A stretch of 63,826 nucleotides of DNA, counting the filler, from Lenisia limosa (Eukaryota; Protista; Breviatea), in assembly GCA_001655205.1 (NCBI GenBank). It is 7 parts of 7 records of this genome, joined end to end, with 100 filler letters (N's around TTAATTAATTAA, not from the genome) between each part and the next. Parts side by side here need not be neighbours in the genome. Positions count along the whole stretch, not along the records: positions 1 to 21,198 come from LPNZ01007845.1; positions 21,299 to 37,905 come from LPNZ01002824.1; 5 more parts are not named here. One strand, written 5' to 3'. How positions within the stretch are numbered: position 1 is the first letter of the stretch; the number at the start of each line of letters is the position of its first letter. Below the pieces are notes generated by a model that had not been told where the DNA came from, did not search any database, and worked only from the letters and a program-made list of their open reading frames with translations. This document shows, piece by piece, positions 11,999-25,400 of this stretch. The position numbers and the translations under genes are program-made.

Positions 11999-13064
11999 TC
12001 AGAGGATTGTGCACTTCTTCTTCTTGATATGGTCAGGTACAGTGAACGCCGAGAGAATAGCTGTGTCAAAAACGGTCTTGATGTTGAACTGAGACTTGGC
12101 GGAACATTCAACAAAAGCGGCTAGATTATGCTTCTGTTGCATGGCTTGGCCTTGGAGGTAGGTCAACTGGAGGGTCAAAGATAACTCTTGCCAAGGGAGC
12201 AGCGTGTTAGAGATCCCCCCTTCATACCGCATGGTAGCCTTTCTCCTCGAGAACACGCACAATGTTGGGGTCATCGCGAGCGTCAGTCTGAAAGAGTAAC
12301 ACTTGGGATAATCATCGGCGTGACAATTTGATGTTTCAACGCAAAAAACAAGGGGCATGGCAAACCTTGGTACCAACAAGCACGATGGGGATCTCGGGGC
12401 AGTACTGGCGGACTTCTGGAATCCACGCATGTTCAACATTCTCGAGAGAGGATGGGGAGATAACTGGGCGGTGAGTGAGAGAATAGATTAAGGAGACCGC
12501 ACTAGTGGCAGAACAGCAAGCTCACCTGAGTAGCAAAGGACGAAGCAGTCAGTGCCGGGATAAGACAGAGGGCGAAGGCGATCGTAGGTATGCTGGCCAG
12601 CGGTATCCCAAAGACCCTGAAGCGTCAATTGTGCAGAAGTAATGAAACCATCAAAACAGCCTTCAGGCAAAAGCTTACAAGCTTGACAATGCGTTCGGTT
12701 CCATCGAAGTTGGCCATCACGCAACAGGCGTAGTTATCAAAAACCTACAGGGGTAAAGCAAAGGAAACATCTTGGGCTAAGCAAAGTAGATTATATGACG
12801 CTGAAAAAACCTCTGAAAAAGACGCTTACAGTAGGTTGATAAGACTCTTCGAACGAGTTGTCAGCGTAGGTTCGGAGGAGAGAGGTCTTCCCGACAGCAC
12901 CGTCACCAATTGCAACGATCTTGCACTAAATGGTCAAGGTGGAAAAGAAGGCCAATATTTCAGAAAGACAAAGCAGTAAGCAAGTATACCTGAATAACTC
13001 CACTAAGATCAACGTTCTGAGCAACACGGCGGTTGGCAGAGTTAAGAGTAGTTCGAGGAGGCAT
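11999..13064 (-). CDS. Rho-family (Rac-like) small GTPase, 7 exons
   Basis: ATG at 13064. Motifs: [16 protein letters not shown] (G1), YQPTVFDNY (G2), [19 protein letters not shown] (G3), VLVGTKTDAR (G4), FVECSAK (G5), polybasic CAAX end KKKKCTIL, then TGA at 11999-12001. All introns are GT-AG. Confidence 0.96.
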
Positions 13065-13621
13065 TGTTTAACAAATGGGAAAAGTAAAGGGAGATTGTTT
13101 ATGAGCGTTTATTAAGATTCTTTTGGTTTATTTGAATTTGTTTTTTTGAAAATTGAATGAGAAAACCTTGAGATCCAACATACATAAATAGTGAAAACAT
13201 CTCTGGGCTTGGGGCCAAAAGTACTACTTCCTCCTGTGGTGCTGAATCACCATAATATACCGGTAAATGCTGTAGTTTAGCTATAAAAAGGCCAACGCAT
13301 CCAGTGAAAGACAGAAATCGCTAATATCCTGACAAATAACAGCGGTTATCCTACTAAAGCTATATATTCATATTCAACTTCTAGTAAATAATGCATCTTC
13401 ATATTCAGGTAAGTGGGTAAGTGCAAGCCCTGCAAAATCCAACATAACGCGCAAAATTGTGTGTATGCGCGTGTACGCCTATCTATAAAAAACATAAAAA
13501 CCGACAAATGAAATGACCCAAATTGGCATTCAATTGAATATAAAAATATATATAACATAATATCAGGGAGAAAAATCACGCATTTGAACCTCAGTGTACC
13601 CGTTTTGTTGTGAGTTGACCA

Positions 13622-16600
13622 ATGGCAAAGGGCTCGATATGTTCGCAGCTTTGCTGCTCAATTTTGTGCCTCGCTATCTCAGTCATTGCCATTATTGGAG
13701 GTCTTTTAGTCATGTAAGTTGACGTTAATCTTTGCTGTTTTCACTAACTCGTTCAGACCATACGAGAATCAAAAGTTTCGTGATACTCTTGCTGAAAACC
13801 TTGCAATCCCTATCCCTGAAGAGGAAGCTCGCTTTGATAAATTTGTAAGAAATCTGCTGTACTTTTTGGTGCCCTCCTGCTTCTGTCGTGCGGTTTTTTC
13901 ATTTATTTTTGAACAACAATTAATTTGAGACTGGCAAAGAGGCTTGCCGAAATCACACTCTTTCCTCTTACACCTGAGACTCACAACTTCGCCTTCAATG
14001 ACAACACAAAAGACACCCTCCCTGTTCATGTCGAGTATACTCTGGTGGGTTGAAAAATTATAGTATTATTTATACACGTACTATTCTATAATATGAATTA
14101 TGTGGTACTGATCTGCTTTGCTGCTGAGTGTTGTGAGTGTTGTGCGTGACATACCAGCGCACGACTATTCTCTGAATCAGAGTACGCCTGAAGTACTACT
14201 TCCATCACTTTAATTTTTTTAAATAAGCAGTTTAGTATTTCTCAGTATGGTTATTGTTTTTGTTCCCCGTTAATACCCCCAGTTTACCATTGACAACATT
14301 GAGGAAGTCAAGGCAGGTAAATCGCCAAAATACGAGACAATTGGTCCCTTTGTTTTCCATAAAAAAGAGTGTGTTGGGTGGTTATTTTATTAATTTATTA
14401 GATTTCAAAGACATATATACTGTTTATATATGATATGGTATCTTCCAGAAGCTAACAATCTAGAATCAAAACCAACGTAACGTATAATGAGGACAACACT
14501 GAGGTGTCGTACACGCCGTTCACGCAGTACTTCATGGACGAGGATCTTTCAGGAGCCGACTGTCAGGCGTCCATTACTAGTGTCAATATAGGTTTGCACT
14601 ATGCGTGAATATCATATGTCATTATATTGGCGAATAGCCACCTTCTCTATTATCCCTGTTAATTTCTGGCTGTTTATTTTGATCACACTTTCAGCGTACC
14701 TTACGATGGTATCCAAGGCTGGAAGCGAACCTGCACTTCTCAAGCAGCTGAGTAGGAGGAGGCCCATATCAAATGCATTTTTAGCTCTTATGGTGACACT
14801 TTAGCCCCAGTTGGTTTGGGTAGCATCTTCCAAGGCCCCCTCGGTGCCCCTTACACCGCGTCTGTTTTCAGCAAATACACTGGTCAAGTTCTGAAGGTAG
14901 GAATGGTTGAGACGTTTTGTTGTGGACGCAATAGCTAAAAAAAACCCTTTTGCATCCACTAATATGTACTAGAATCAATTCACGGATCTCTTCACCGAAC
15001 TTGTGGTGGAATTCGGCGGTAACAGCACTCTTGGTGGGAGTGGTTGATAAGTTGAGATTTCAGGTTGACCCCTTCCATGCAATTCTTTCTGACTCTTCAG
15101 CCATGGGCTATTTCCTGGATACTTTTGCTAAAAGTGACGCTATCCCAACTCGCGGCTCAGAGAAGAACTGGGACAATCTCTTGCCTTGTCGTGACCTGAA
15201 GGTAAGCAATTCAGTCTTGGGTCATCAGTAACCTCCCCAGCTCTGTCTTGAAGCTCCCTCCACTTCGCTGATGGCAATGTGGCTTGATATTTCGCCGATT
15301 GCAGTGACTGGAACTTTTGACGGGAAGGACGCAAGAACAATGTGGACGTCTGCCTTACCTTCAAAGCCATTCGGAGGTGGGGTGGCTTGCTGTGGCTTTT
15401 GTAGTTGCTTGTTCCTGTTGTATATTGTTGTACCAAGACTTACTCATTGTAGAGGAGCCGTACAACATTGCCACCACTGCAATGAAGGACAACCTCCTAA
15501 TCAATGACAAAGATGTAGCCATGCTTACCAGGTGGGAATGCAGAGTTGTAAATTGATCATCACAGAACCTCAACCTTAGCTAATCACCCAGATGGTATGC
15601 CTCCTACCTGACCACTATTGGAACGCCTTACACGTTGACCACTTTGGGGCTTCCGTCTGCCGACCTTATCCCTCTCGTTCAATGGTATGCTAATGATAAA
15701 GCTGTACCTCTGACGTACACTGAAGTGATGGGATGCGGTGCTGCAGAAGCGACNNNNNNNNNNCAACAAAGTTGATTTGGGCTTATTTTTGATTTGGGCT
15801 TATTTTTACCAAAATTATCTAATTTTACTTTTGTTTTTGTGTTTTTGTCATCTGGCTTTTGTCTAGTTTTAGCGTTGGTTGCTCATGTNNNNNNNNNNNN
15901 NNNNNNNNNNNNNNNNNNNNNNNNNNNNNNNNNNNNNNNNNNNNNNNNNNNNNNNNNNNNNNNNNNNNNNNNNNNNNNNNNNNNNNNNNNNNNNNNNNNN
16001 NNNNNNNNNNNNNNNNNNNNNNNNNNNNNNNNNNNNNNNNNNNNNNNNNNNNNNNNNNNNNNNNNNNNNNNNNNNNNNNNNNNNNNNNNNNNNNNNNNNN
16101 NNNNNNGGCCGAATTTGCTCTTGTCGCCAACTCCACTCTGTCAGTCACCCAGGCCGCCTCACTGTTGTCCGGGCCGAATGCGTTGACCACGGCAGCGGGC
16201 ATGACGGCTTTCATTACGGCGGCACACACAATGGATGCCAACGCTTTCAATCAGACCTGGGGCTTGGAGGTTGGTGTGATAGTTTGGATAGAATGTCATG
16301 ATTCCGATGTCACCTTGTAGCTTGCTGACGGGATGAGAGTTGCGCAGTACCTTGGTCCCTTCGATTCCACTTGGACTCTGGTGAGCGCCTATTTCAGTGA
16401 TTCTTATTTCTTAGAACTCTTTATTCCTTTCTTCATTTTTTGGTCACAATAATCCTTAAAGAAACAGAATTCCACCATTGACATCATAGTTTGCCCTCAG
16501 TAACCTCTACGCTCCATATGGCGGGAACCCAATGTACCTCACTCAGTCTCCCTGCTCTTGGCTCTGGTTGGTGATGAACGAAGACCGCTGGCTTCTCCTA

Positions 16601-18299
16601 CCATTGCTATGAGAACTCACCCCACAGGACTTTTGAGGATCCTCTTCTGCAAACTCTGGGCGTTTCTGCTGGTGCACATTACCGTAAGAATGATACGTCG
16701 CCGGAGCAAGCACTGTAAGCTGCCAGCCTTGCTTTGAGATCTCATGCAGTCCTTTTTTTGTTTCATAATACGTTATTACTGAAATATGGAAAATTGAGAA
16801 CCCTCTTGACCCTAATTTAAATTTAGTGAGCGAATGGGTGGACAAAACATCATGTACACTGGCAGAGATGAGATTGACAAGGTGAAGACGTAAGCAGGTA
16901 TCAAGTTAGAAATTTACAATGTCACTCAAGACCGGTTGTTCAACTTTTAGAATGAAGGCCTTCCATGGTTCTGAGGAAATCTCTGAATGGGCCACCCCAC
17001 TGAAGGTTGATGTATGGAGACTCATATTGCTTTGATGGACAACTTACGAAATTAGGGCACTGATGGCACACAGTTTGGAATGGATGATGCGAAGGACCCC
17101 CGTCTCCTCTGGGTTGACGACATTATAAGACCGTCGGTCTTCAATTTCCAGGACAGGCAGCGTGTTGAGGATATCAAGGTTGGCCGTCTGCGTTGTTGAC
17201 TGACATTCCCAGGTAAATCGCTTTGTTCTTGGAGATTCCGTCTTTGCCAAAAGTGTCCAATTCATGCAAAACAACACTGGTTTGTTATTTAACACACAAG
17301 AGACATACTCTTTGCAATTCCCACATGTGTTTATACAGTAGGTCTTGCGAACATGGAGGCCTTTTCCGGAAGCCCACTCTTTGTGTCTCTTCCCCATCTT
17401 CTTGGTGAGTTCAGCATAGCATTAAAATTGCCCAACCGATCGTTGTCCATGTGGAAATTGTGACGCTCCAGGAGTAAATGACACAAGCCTGATCCCTGAG
17501 GGCGTTACCCCTGACGACAAGTACTTGCCTTATTTGGATGTTGAACCCTTTACTGGCGTGACATTAAGAGGCTCCAAGAAGCTGCAAGGCAACGTGTTCC
17601 TTGACAGCGACCGGAAGGCCGAGGTTGGTGTCAAGGATTGATCCTTGCATCCCGTCTTGGCCTATTGACCCCCCAGATGTTCCCGGTGGATTCCCCTCGA
17701 AGCCTCCGCGGTGACCTCATCATGCCACTGTACTGGGCTGACGAGCACAGTCAAATCTCGAAGGAGAACGCTAAGACTCTGAGGAACAAGGTGTGGTGAT
17801 GGCTACGTCGGCTTATTCTGGGTCGGGCATAGCATCACACTGAAACTTCAGGTTCTCTTCTTCAAAAAGGCATTTGCTCTTGTCAAAATCGCTTCTTTCA
17901 TCATGTAAGCTGGACATTTCACATTGGTTTGGAAGAACTTTTTCTTCTGCTATTTTTATTATAAAAAAAAACAACGTCTGCTGGGGAGGCACGCAGAAAG
18001 CTGTGTGCACAGAGTTGTAAGGCAAATGATTGGGTGAATATAATCACGTGATGGTGTTGACGGACAGATACATCTTTATTTTTTATTTCTCATTGCAATA
18101 TAAAAAAAAAACCACGTCAGTGTGCATTCAACAGTTTCACCTCTCTCACGACTTCAGCTGCGGCATGACTGGCCTGAGTGCCGCTGTTCTGTTCCTCATG
18201 AGCAGGCGTGAAACCTCAAAGTACCAAGATATTCCCGACTCCACTCTCATCCCCTCAGAGTCCTCTGGTAGGCTGTCTCTCCTGAGCCTCAGGCCCTAA
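13622..18299 (+). CDS. CD36/SCARB2 (LIMP-2, LmpA-like) class B scavenger receptor, multi-exon, spans assembly gaps
   Basis: N-terminal TM segment (CSILCLAISVIAIIGGLLV). CD36 motifs: FTIDNIEEVKAGKSPKYETIGPFVF (~14285-14360), GSPLFVSLPHLL (~17370-17403), YLDVEPFTGVTLRGSKKLQGNVFL (~17530-17603). C-terminal TM followed by a YQDI tail (~18160-18235). The last exon is uncertain; the stop may be at 18299 or slightly later. Confidence 0.9.
17986..18050. repeat. Dispersed intronic repeat shared with 36164-36360
   Basis: GGCACGCAGAAAGCTGTGTGCACAGAGTTGTAAGGCAAATGATTGGGTGAAT is the near reverse complement of 36310-36360. Confidence 0.7.
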
Positions 18300-18706
18300 C
18301 TTCTCAGGCCTTGTGGGCTCCATACCGCGTACGGACTCATACGACTCTATTCCCCAGGTGAGACCCTGCACTTTCCACTTTGCCACAGTCGACTTTTCAT
18401 TCACGTAATATGAAACCGCTTCCCTCTGACACCCCAGTCCACCCCCCTGCCAACTGAGTGGACGCCAAGCTCCACCCTGTAGCTTCACGTCACCCATCCC
18501 CTGTATATTCGGCCATGGTGGCCTCTTTCGGTTTTGTTTTTGAATGTTTTGAGTGGCTCCTGAAGCAATCAGCTTGAGAAGCATATGGAATTGTGCACTA
18601 TTACACTGGTCATGGCAATTACATCTATTCCTCAAAAGTAACCTCCTTTAAAAATACACACTATACATCCACCTTACACCCATACGTCCATTCTTTGCCC
18701 ATTAAT

Positions 18707-20183
18707 TCACATCCTTTTACTTTTTAAATACTCTACTGTCGCCGTGTTGCCCATGTCTTTTGCAAGCTCTTCAGCTGTTACACCCTAAAGCGGTGAACAG
18801 ACCATCTAAAGTTCCAAAAGCTTTATTGAATGCCGCTCAGTTCAACAAGTTTTAGGCCCTCAAACATAGCTATCTTTGAAATTGAGATCCGCTCCTGCTT
18901 CCACCAAAAGTTGGACCATTGGAAGATACCCACCACCAGCAGCCATAATGAGGGGGGTTCCCTGGAAAGTTAAACAGTTCTTGCTGTATAAACAGCCCGC
19001 AATTGAATAGAGCCTACCATTTCACCCTCTAGTATTGAGAACACAGCCGACCATTTCACCCTCTAGTATTGAGCACACAGCCGACAATTTCACCCTCAAG
19101 TATTGAGTACACAGCCGACCATTTCACCCTCTCCATTATTGACATCAGCGCCATACGCCACGAGAAGCTCAGCTATCCGCACTCGATTATCGTTGTTCTA
19201 TGATAGTAAAATCTCTACTGCTATTGGGCTGCAATGATATTGAGTTAAAAGCGTCCCCTAAAGGAAGCTGAATCAGAAATTTAAGCACACCATCTTACCT
19301 GATATTCGCAAATGGCAAACTCGGTCCTTCGACAGAGGCTCACACAATGTAGTGCTGATTCACCCTGAGTGGATAAAGGGATAGTGATCCTTTACGTTTT
19401 GGCTTGTAAATATAATAATTCAATGCCTGAAGTGTTCAAGAAGAAACAATTAAAGAAAAGGTTGAAAATCTCCACTAACCGATTTATCCTTCACGTTGAC
19501 TGCCGAGTCCTTTTCCAGTAGCTTCTTCACCCCTTCCAAGAATCCTGCGCGGCATGCTGTCATAAGTGGGGTGGCACCCTAAGCAATGAAGTGGTCAGGC
19601 AAAGTGGAAATAGTGCACTCATGGCCACCATGTAGAGGCTCACATATTCATCAACAGCGTTAACGTTTGCGCCATACTCAAGCAGAAGGTCAAGGGGGCC
19701 TGTCAAACAGTGGATGCAGGAGAGGTGGAGGGGGGTGGCAAAGCCGTTCTGAATTGTTATTGCTAAGACAGAACAAGCAGAACAAAAAAAGCAATCCATT
19801 GTTTCAAAAACAAGTGCTAACAAAAACATCGACTGGAAAATGGCCATTCATGGTCTATTATAAAACTGCACCCACATCAATCTGAAATTCTGATTTGCCA
19901 TCAACATCAGACATCGTTGCTAGTAACACCCGGATTCCAGGCACATCATTGTCCACTACTGCCTGGTTCAGCCGATCCGCTAGGTGAAATTTTTTCTGTG
20001 AGTCAGCTGCAATTCACAAAATGTTAACAATGGTATCGTATTTATGACTCTACTTTTTACATCATACCACTTTATAAAAGTGTAAAATATCATTTTTCAC
20101 GCAGTGAAACGGCAAGTACGCATGCATACCCTATTTTCTTCAGTCTCTTTAGCCGCTCTGGAGCCTGGTGGAGGCTTTTTCAT
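18707..20183 (-). CDS. Ankyrin-repeat protein (about 5 repeats)
   Basis: ATG at 20183 (MKKPPPGS...). Repeats: ATPLHLSCIHCLTGPLDLLLEYGANVNAVDEY, GATPLMTACRAGFLEGVKKLLEKDSAVNVKDKS, GESALHCV...IAELLVAYGADVN, GTPLIMAAGGGYLPMVQLLVEAGADLNFKDSY, GVTAEELAKDMGNTATVEYL. Stop TGA at 18707-18709. Confidence 0.85.
19017..19132. repeat. 34-bp tandem repeat, about 3.4 copies
   Basis: Unit CCATTTCACCCTCTAGTATTGAGAACACAGCCGA starts at 19017, 19051, 19085 and 19119. Confidence 0.95.
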
Positions 20184-21242
20184 CTTGGGCTAAAGAAAAT
20201 GAACAGGCAAACAGACAAGGATAAAAAAAAAATTCAATCAGTGATTATGTAAACAAAAGAGAGACAAAAAAAATTAAATCATGAAGATGATAGATATGAA
20301 ACAGAGACAGGTTCTTTTCCTTTATAACCACAGTGGGAGAAACCCACCCCAAAAATAATAACCAATGTTCAAAGTCGATAAATACAATATATACCGGAGA
20401 TACCTGAGTTTTTTTGGAAAGAGGAAGCTCAACAGCGGACTAAAGGCGACTGGGTGTGCAGGTCAAACTGGATTTAGGATCTCAAAATGCGTTTTTTGTG
20501 TTGTTGTTGTTTTGTTTGCTTGCGATTTGTGCTATGTTTTGGCTGTGCTGTGGTGGAAAGAGAGAGAGGAAAGAGGAAACCAAGAACCCAAGAGGAACCT
20601 CAGACCTGTCAGACTCTGGTCAGACCGTAAAAAATTGGCGCGCTTTTGATTGGCGGCCGCAGTTGTGCTTCCTGTCTACATGTAATATGCGTCATTTCCT
20701 CCATGGTTATGTGGTTGGGTTATTATTATTGGTCATGCCTGGGTCATGCTTATACTTTAAGGCTTTAAGTTTGCAGATGTGCATACAATGTGCAGATGCG
20801 CTTGAACGACTGTGCAACAGTCAGACAGCTGCGCAACAATTGCAGCTTTGCAGCGCAATAGCGCAGGCGAATCGTGAATGAACTGTGAATGAATTGTAAA
20901 CTGATGGTAAAAAAAACATAGAAGTCCCACGAGCCACAAGCTCTTCGGATCAGTAACCGAGGCGTTCGGCAAGAGGTCGCTCTTAGATTTTCAAACGACT
21001 CCAAATTGACCCCATAAACAGAAATATATCAAACCAGATTAACCCTCTCATCTCTATGAAATTGTTCGCCTCGGCTTCAGCTGAGGGAGAGCCATTGTAG
21101 GTGGCGCGTACCCAGCCTGTTCTGTTAACAACGCCACATGCCCTTAAGGCATTCACAAAAGAAAAGTTCAATATTTGGCCAACCTTGGTGGGGGCTGCNN
21201 NNNNNNNNNNNNNNNNNNNNNNNNNNNNNNNNNNNNNNNNNN

Positions 21243-21254
21243 TTAATTAATTAA
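21243..21254. other. Artificial scaffold linker (all-frame stop TTAATTAATTAA between N runs)
   Basis: The same 12-mer flanked by 44 N on each side also occurs at 37950, 40277, 43443, 61147 and 62403. Confidence 0.97.
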
Positions 21255-21298
21255 NNNNNNNNNNNNNNNNNNNNNNNNNNNNNNNNNNNNNNNNNNNN

Positions 21299-21984
21299 CT
21301 CTTCACTTCCGAGCCAAATGCTCAGCGGCTGCGCGGCCTCGGTGAAGATGGAGATTGACTCGTCATCAGAGTGCGAGTCGAGGACGGTGAGAATGTTCGG
21401 ATGCCGACAGCGAAGGCTGTTGTTCAGTGCATTCTGGGCATCGCCTGAATGGATTAGGACGATTCTTGCTCAATATGGAGTCTAACATGGAAAATTTCTA
21501 GTAAATGTAACCGTATCATATGATTAAGTTCAGAAGGGGGATAAAAAAGATGGATCGCGATATTAATTGATCAGGTCTGAATCAAAAAAATTCTTTTCGG
21601 TGATATTCAAAAATAAAATGGAAGATTGGAGATAATCGTAGACACACTTCAGAAGAAGAGCGCAATATGGCAAGGTAGAACTATAAAGTGATCTAATTCA
21701 ACAAATGAAGCACTAAATTTGAATTTTTTTTCCCCACTTTTTTTTGTTGGATTTTCCTTTGCTGTCCAATTGTGAACCAGAACCGTATTGCCATTCTTCA
21801 TCCTAAAACGGTCAATGTGTTCAGAGAACGGAAAAACGACAGGGTGGACTAGACGCGATAAGAAAAAGAGTTCCACTTACTTTCCTCGAATCAACTTGAA
21901 CAGGTGATCGTTCTGCCCAGCCTCAATTACTGGAACTGAGGCGTCAGGGGTGAACCCCATATCACGAGAGAGCTGGTTGCCCAT
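21299..21984 (-). CDS. SCY1-like (SCYL/CEX1) pseudokinase, 5' fragment cut at the scaffold end
   Basis: MGNQLSRDMGFTPD...LFKLIRGKMKNGNTVLVHNW...DAQNALNNSLRCRHPNILTVLDSHSDDESISIFTEAAQPLSIWL. This matches the SCYL pattern LRHPNIL...VTExVxPL. The Gly2 start is compatible with myristoylation. Confidence 0.75.
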
Positions 21985-22462
21985 GACGAGAGGGGGGGTG
22001 GGGTAGGCTGTTTTCTCCGCGCCTTCAGATGCTTAAAATAAATATTTAATCAATATATCGGGGCTAGATAAATGGAAGACGCTTGGAGACACCAAAAAAC
22101 GCCAAAAAAACAAAATATCAAATCTCGTTTAGACGAATCCTTATTATATATCTGTCAACAGCAATACTCTTATCATATATAAAACAACAAACTGAAGGAT
22201 TTTTTGGTACACGTTTTCATATTTATGGGGTATAACCTGTAGGGGACATACTTGGGCCTTTCAGGCTCCTTTGCTTTAGCAACAATAGTGTCGGTATTAA
22301 TACATCAAACTAACAATATTTTATCTCTTTTGTACGCAAGAAAGACAATTACTCCTTGAGATATGAGATTACGCCCCCTACAACAGTCGCTTTAACCGCT
22401 CCCTATGCTTAAATGACAGCATAGTTGTTAACCTGTTATAAATACCCCACTCTTTCTCTCAA

Positions 22463-25400
22463 ATGGAGACCCTTCCTCCAAGACCCCCATCGTCTAATGC
22501 AGTAGCCCTCCGTGTCCGCCCCTCCCCGCTTTTCAAGCACAGTGCCGCATCAGTCTTGCGAACGTTTGCGTCACCAACACCGCCACCTGGACCAAAACCG
22601 GCAGAATCGTCGCCACCTGTGATAAACAGCCGATCTCGCCAGCTAAGTGCTGTCGAAATTTCAACAGGTGAGTTGCCTCTTTGAAGCATTTGTATTAGGG
22701 CTATTTTCTGTAATAATATGATATAAATCTTGGATTGGGATCTACCTTTTGTCATTAGATAATACCGTTTTGATTCCCCGCATGATTTTTACATGATTGC
22801 TTTCTGGTGGAAAGTTGCTTTAATGAACTGTTGCGGAAGCGACATAAAATTGGAGCATGATATCACCATAGTCATTAATGCTATCGTGATGTTATTGGAA
22901 GCTTTCATTTGGTGGATGCATATTTTTTGAATTTTTGAAATTTTTCGAGCTACATTATATTAATTTGCTTTCCTTAGTATACTTCATTAACATCAACTTC
23001 TTTCACAAAGCTTTGTGGATTATTCAGATATGTATAATGCTCAAATGTAAATCCTTCTGTGCTTTGTTTTTTTTTTTGTTATGGTATTTTATTTCGTAAA
23101 TGCCCATTTTCCACTCCGCTTCCCCATCACACATTCCTATTTTACCCCCCTCGCTTTTTGTTTTGTTTCATAAATTCCAATTTTACTCCCCCTCCCAACC
23201 CCATCATTAATTCCTCATTGTTATTCCACGCAGCCAAGCCTCCTCCCAAGCGAACTAGGCCCAAAACCGCGCCGCCGAGCCGATCGCGCCCTCTCAGTGC
23301 CGCCCGGCCACAAAGCGGCACAGTCCGTTTGGCTACGGCCGCGGCAGCATCGAAGGTTTCCGGGGCTCTTTTTGTTAAGACTATGAGTTACTGTTTATAT
23401 ACCTGGGGGAGGGCGGTCTTTTGAATTTTATCATACAGAGTTCGTATCTTCACTCAATTTCTCCCAAAAAGCCAATTTAGAACCAAACTGATTATGTTAA
23501 AGGGAAAAAATTTGTAATAGCGAGCGATTGCTGTAAATTTGAAATCTTAATGTTTGGGATTTCAAATGAATAGAGTAGGCAAAAGATTTACGGAATTAGG
23601 TCGATACACTTCCCACCCTAAGTTTGGTGAAACTTCTTGAGTCTTCGCGTCCAGCTACGCCTACTTCGCGTCCCCAAAGCGCCCGGTCCGTGATTGAGGC
23701 TGACACCACCATCACGCCAGTCACCAACCACGTCACACCATCGCCCTTTGCACCATCATACCAGAAGCCTTGTCGGCCCTCGGAGGAACACCAGCCGATT
23801 GTAATCAAAGATCCAAATGCTAAAACGGTCGGAAGGGTTGATGTAAGGGCACCGAAAAACCGGTAAAATACTGATATGCCTAATCTTTTTTGAGTCTCAA
23901 GAAAATGACAAATTTACTAGATATATCGTGATAAACTGGGTGTCCAACACCATTACTTATTATCTAGGAAGCAAAGCCTCCTCTTCCCCCTGGTTTTGCC
24001 CCTCCAAAAACCCTCTCGTCACCCCGCGTCACACTTGTCAGTCGCCTATCCTCAACAGAAGGGTCAACAGCTCCGGCACGGCCAACAGGTGATCGACGCC
24101 CGCGTAGTGCGCGCAGTCGTGACGCCCATCGGAACGAATGGATACGTTAGCGGCATTTCATTTATCGAGACATTGCTGTTAATTGAAAATACTATGGCTT
24201 CAGCCTGACACTACCTTTTTTATTTCTCATCCTTGCATAGTGTTATATTACTCATCTCAATCCTTCAGAGCCAGCCAGCAGGCCACACTCGGCGATTCGT
24301 CGGAGCGAATGTTGGGACACGGCGAAACGTGAAGCAGAGGATGTAGGGGGAGTGAGGCTTCTGAAACAATGAGGGCTGGTTCTAAAAGGTGTCATTTAAG
24401 AAGTTTTTTGTTGTGCACTTCTGGCGTATTATTTGATTCGTTTGGCTTAGTATCTTTACTTACTAAATAGTCTGACTCAGATCATAACTCTCCAACAAAG
24501 CCCCATGAAGTTCGTTTTGTTTCTGAAGCAGGAACATCCAGAAATAAGTGGATCGAAAATCCTTCTTTCAACAACAGTGGGATGGGCTGAAGGGATTTTA
24601 CAGTTACTCAGTGCTTCCCAATTAGGCATATAATTGTTTAGCAATGGATCTCCAGCAAGTCGACTCTGATGACTCGGTTTGGCGCACCCGGGTGGGAAAA
24701 GGGCAGAATGGATTAGTTTCAGTTTTTTGACGTCTTAGTTTTTTTTCTTCTTTTCAGAATACGACCAAGCCAAACCTTATTACTTTTATTAAATTAACCT
24801 GTTTCTCACTTCTTCTTATAGTTTTAATTTTCCAGTTCTTTGGTGATTCAGCACCCTCTATTTGCCCCCAGAAGCCGCCCACACCACTCAAACGGTTTGA
24901 CAACTTCAAAGCTTTGCTTTAATTTGGTAACATTTTAAAAAATTTAAATCTATGAAATATTAGAATACTGTATACCTTGATATTATTATTCTTGCACTCA
25001 AAATATTTATCGATGGCCAAATATGCGATTCTTATTCGTTAAGATATGGTGCCTACGTACCGCCGTCGAAGTTCACCCCAAAAGTCAAAATCTCCAAGTA
25101 AGATTCTGGTGCTTCTTTTCCTTCCATACTGTATCCGTTTNNNNNNNNNNNNNNNNNNNNNNNNNNNNNNNNNNNNNNNNNNNNNNNNNNNNNNNNNNNN
25201 NNNNNNNNNNNNNTATCTTCGAAAACCTGAGGAAATTTCGCAGGAAGATAGAAGTAAACAACAGCAGGTTTGGGAAGTGGTGCAATTTTGGCAATTGTGC
25301 TGCAACTCAAATATGTTAAATTAAGAATAATATATATCATATATATATATCATATATATAATATAAGATATAAGAAATATAATATTACATAGAGTATATT

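Noticed and set aside
19017-19132. CRISPR-like array
   Set aside because: The 34-bp units are head-to-tail with no unique spacers, and the genome is eukaryotic with no cas genes in view.
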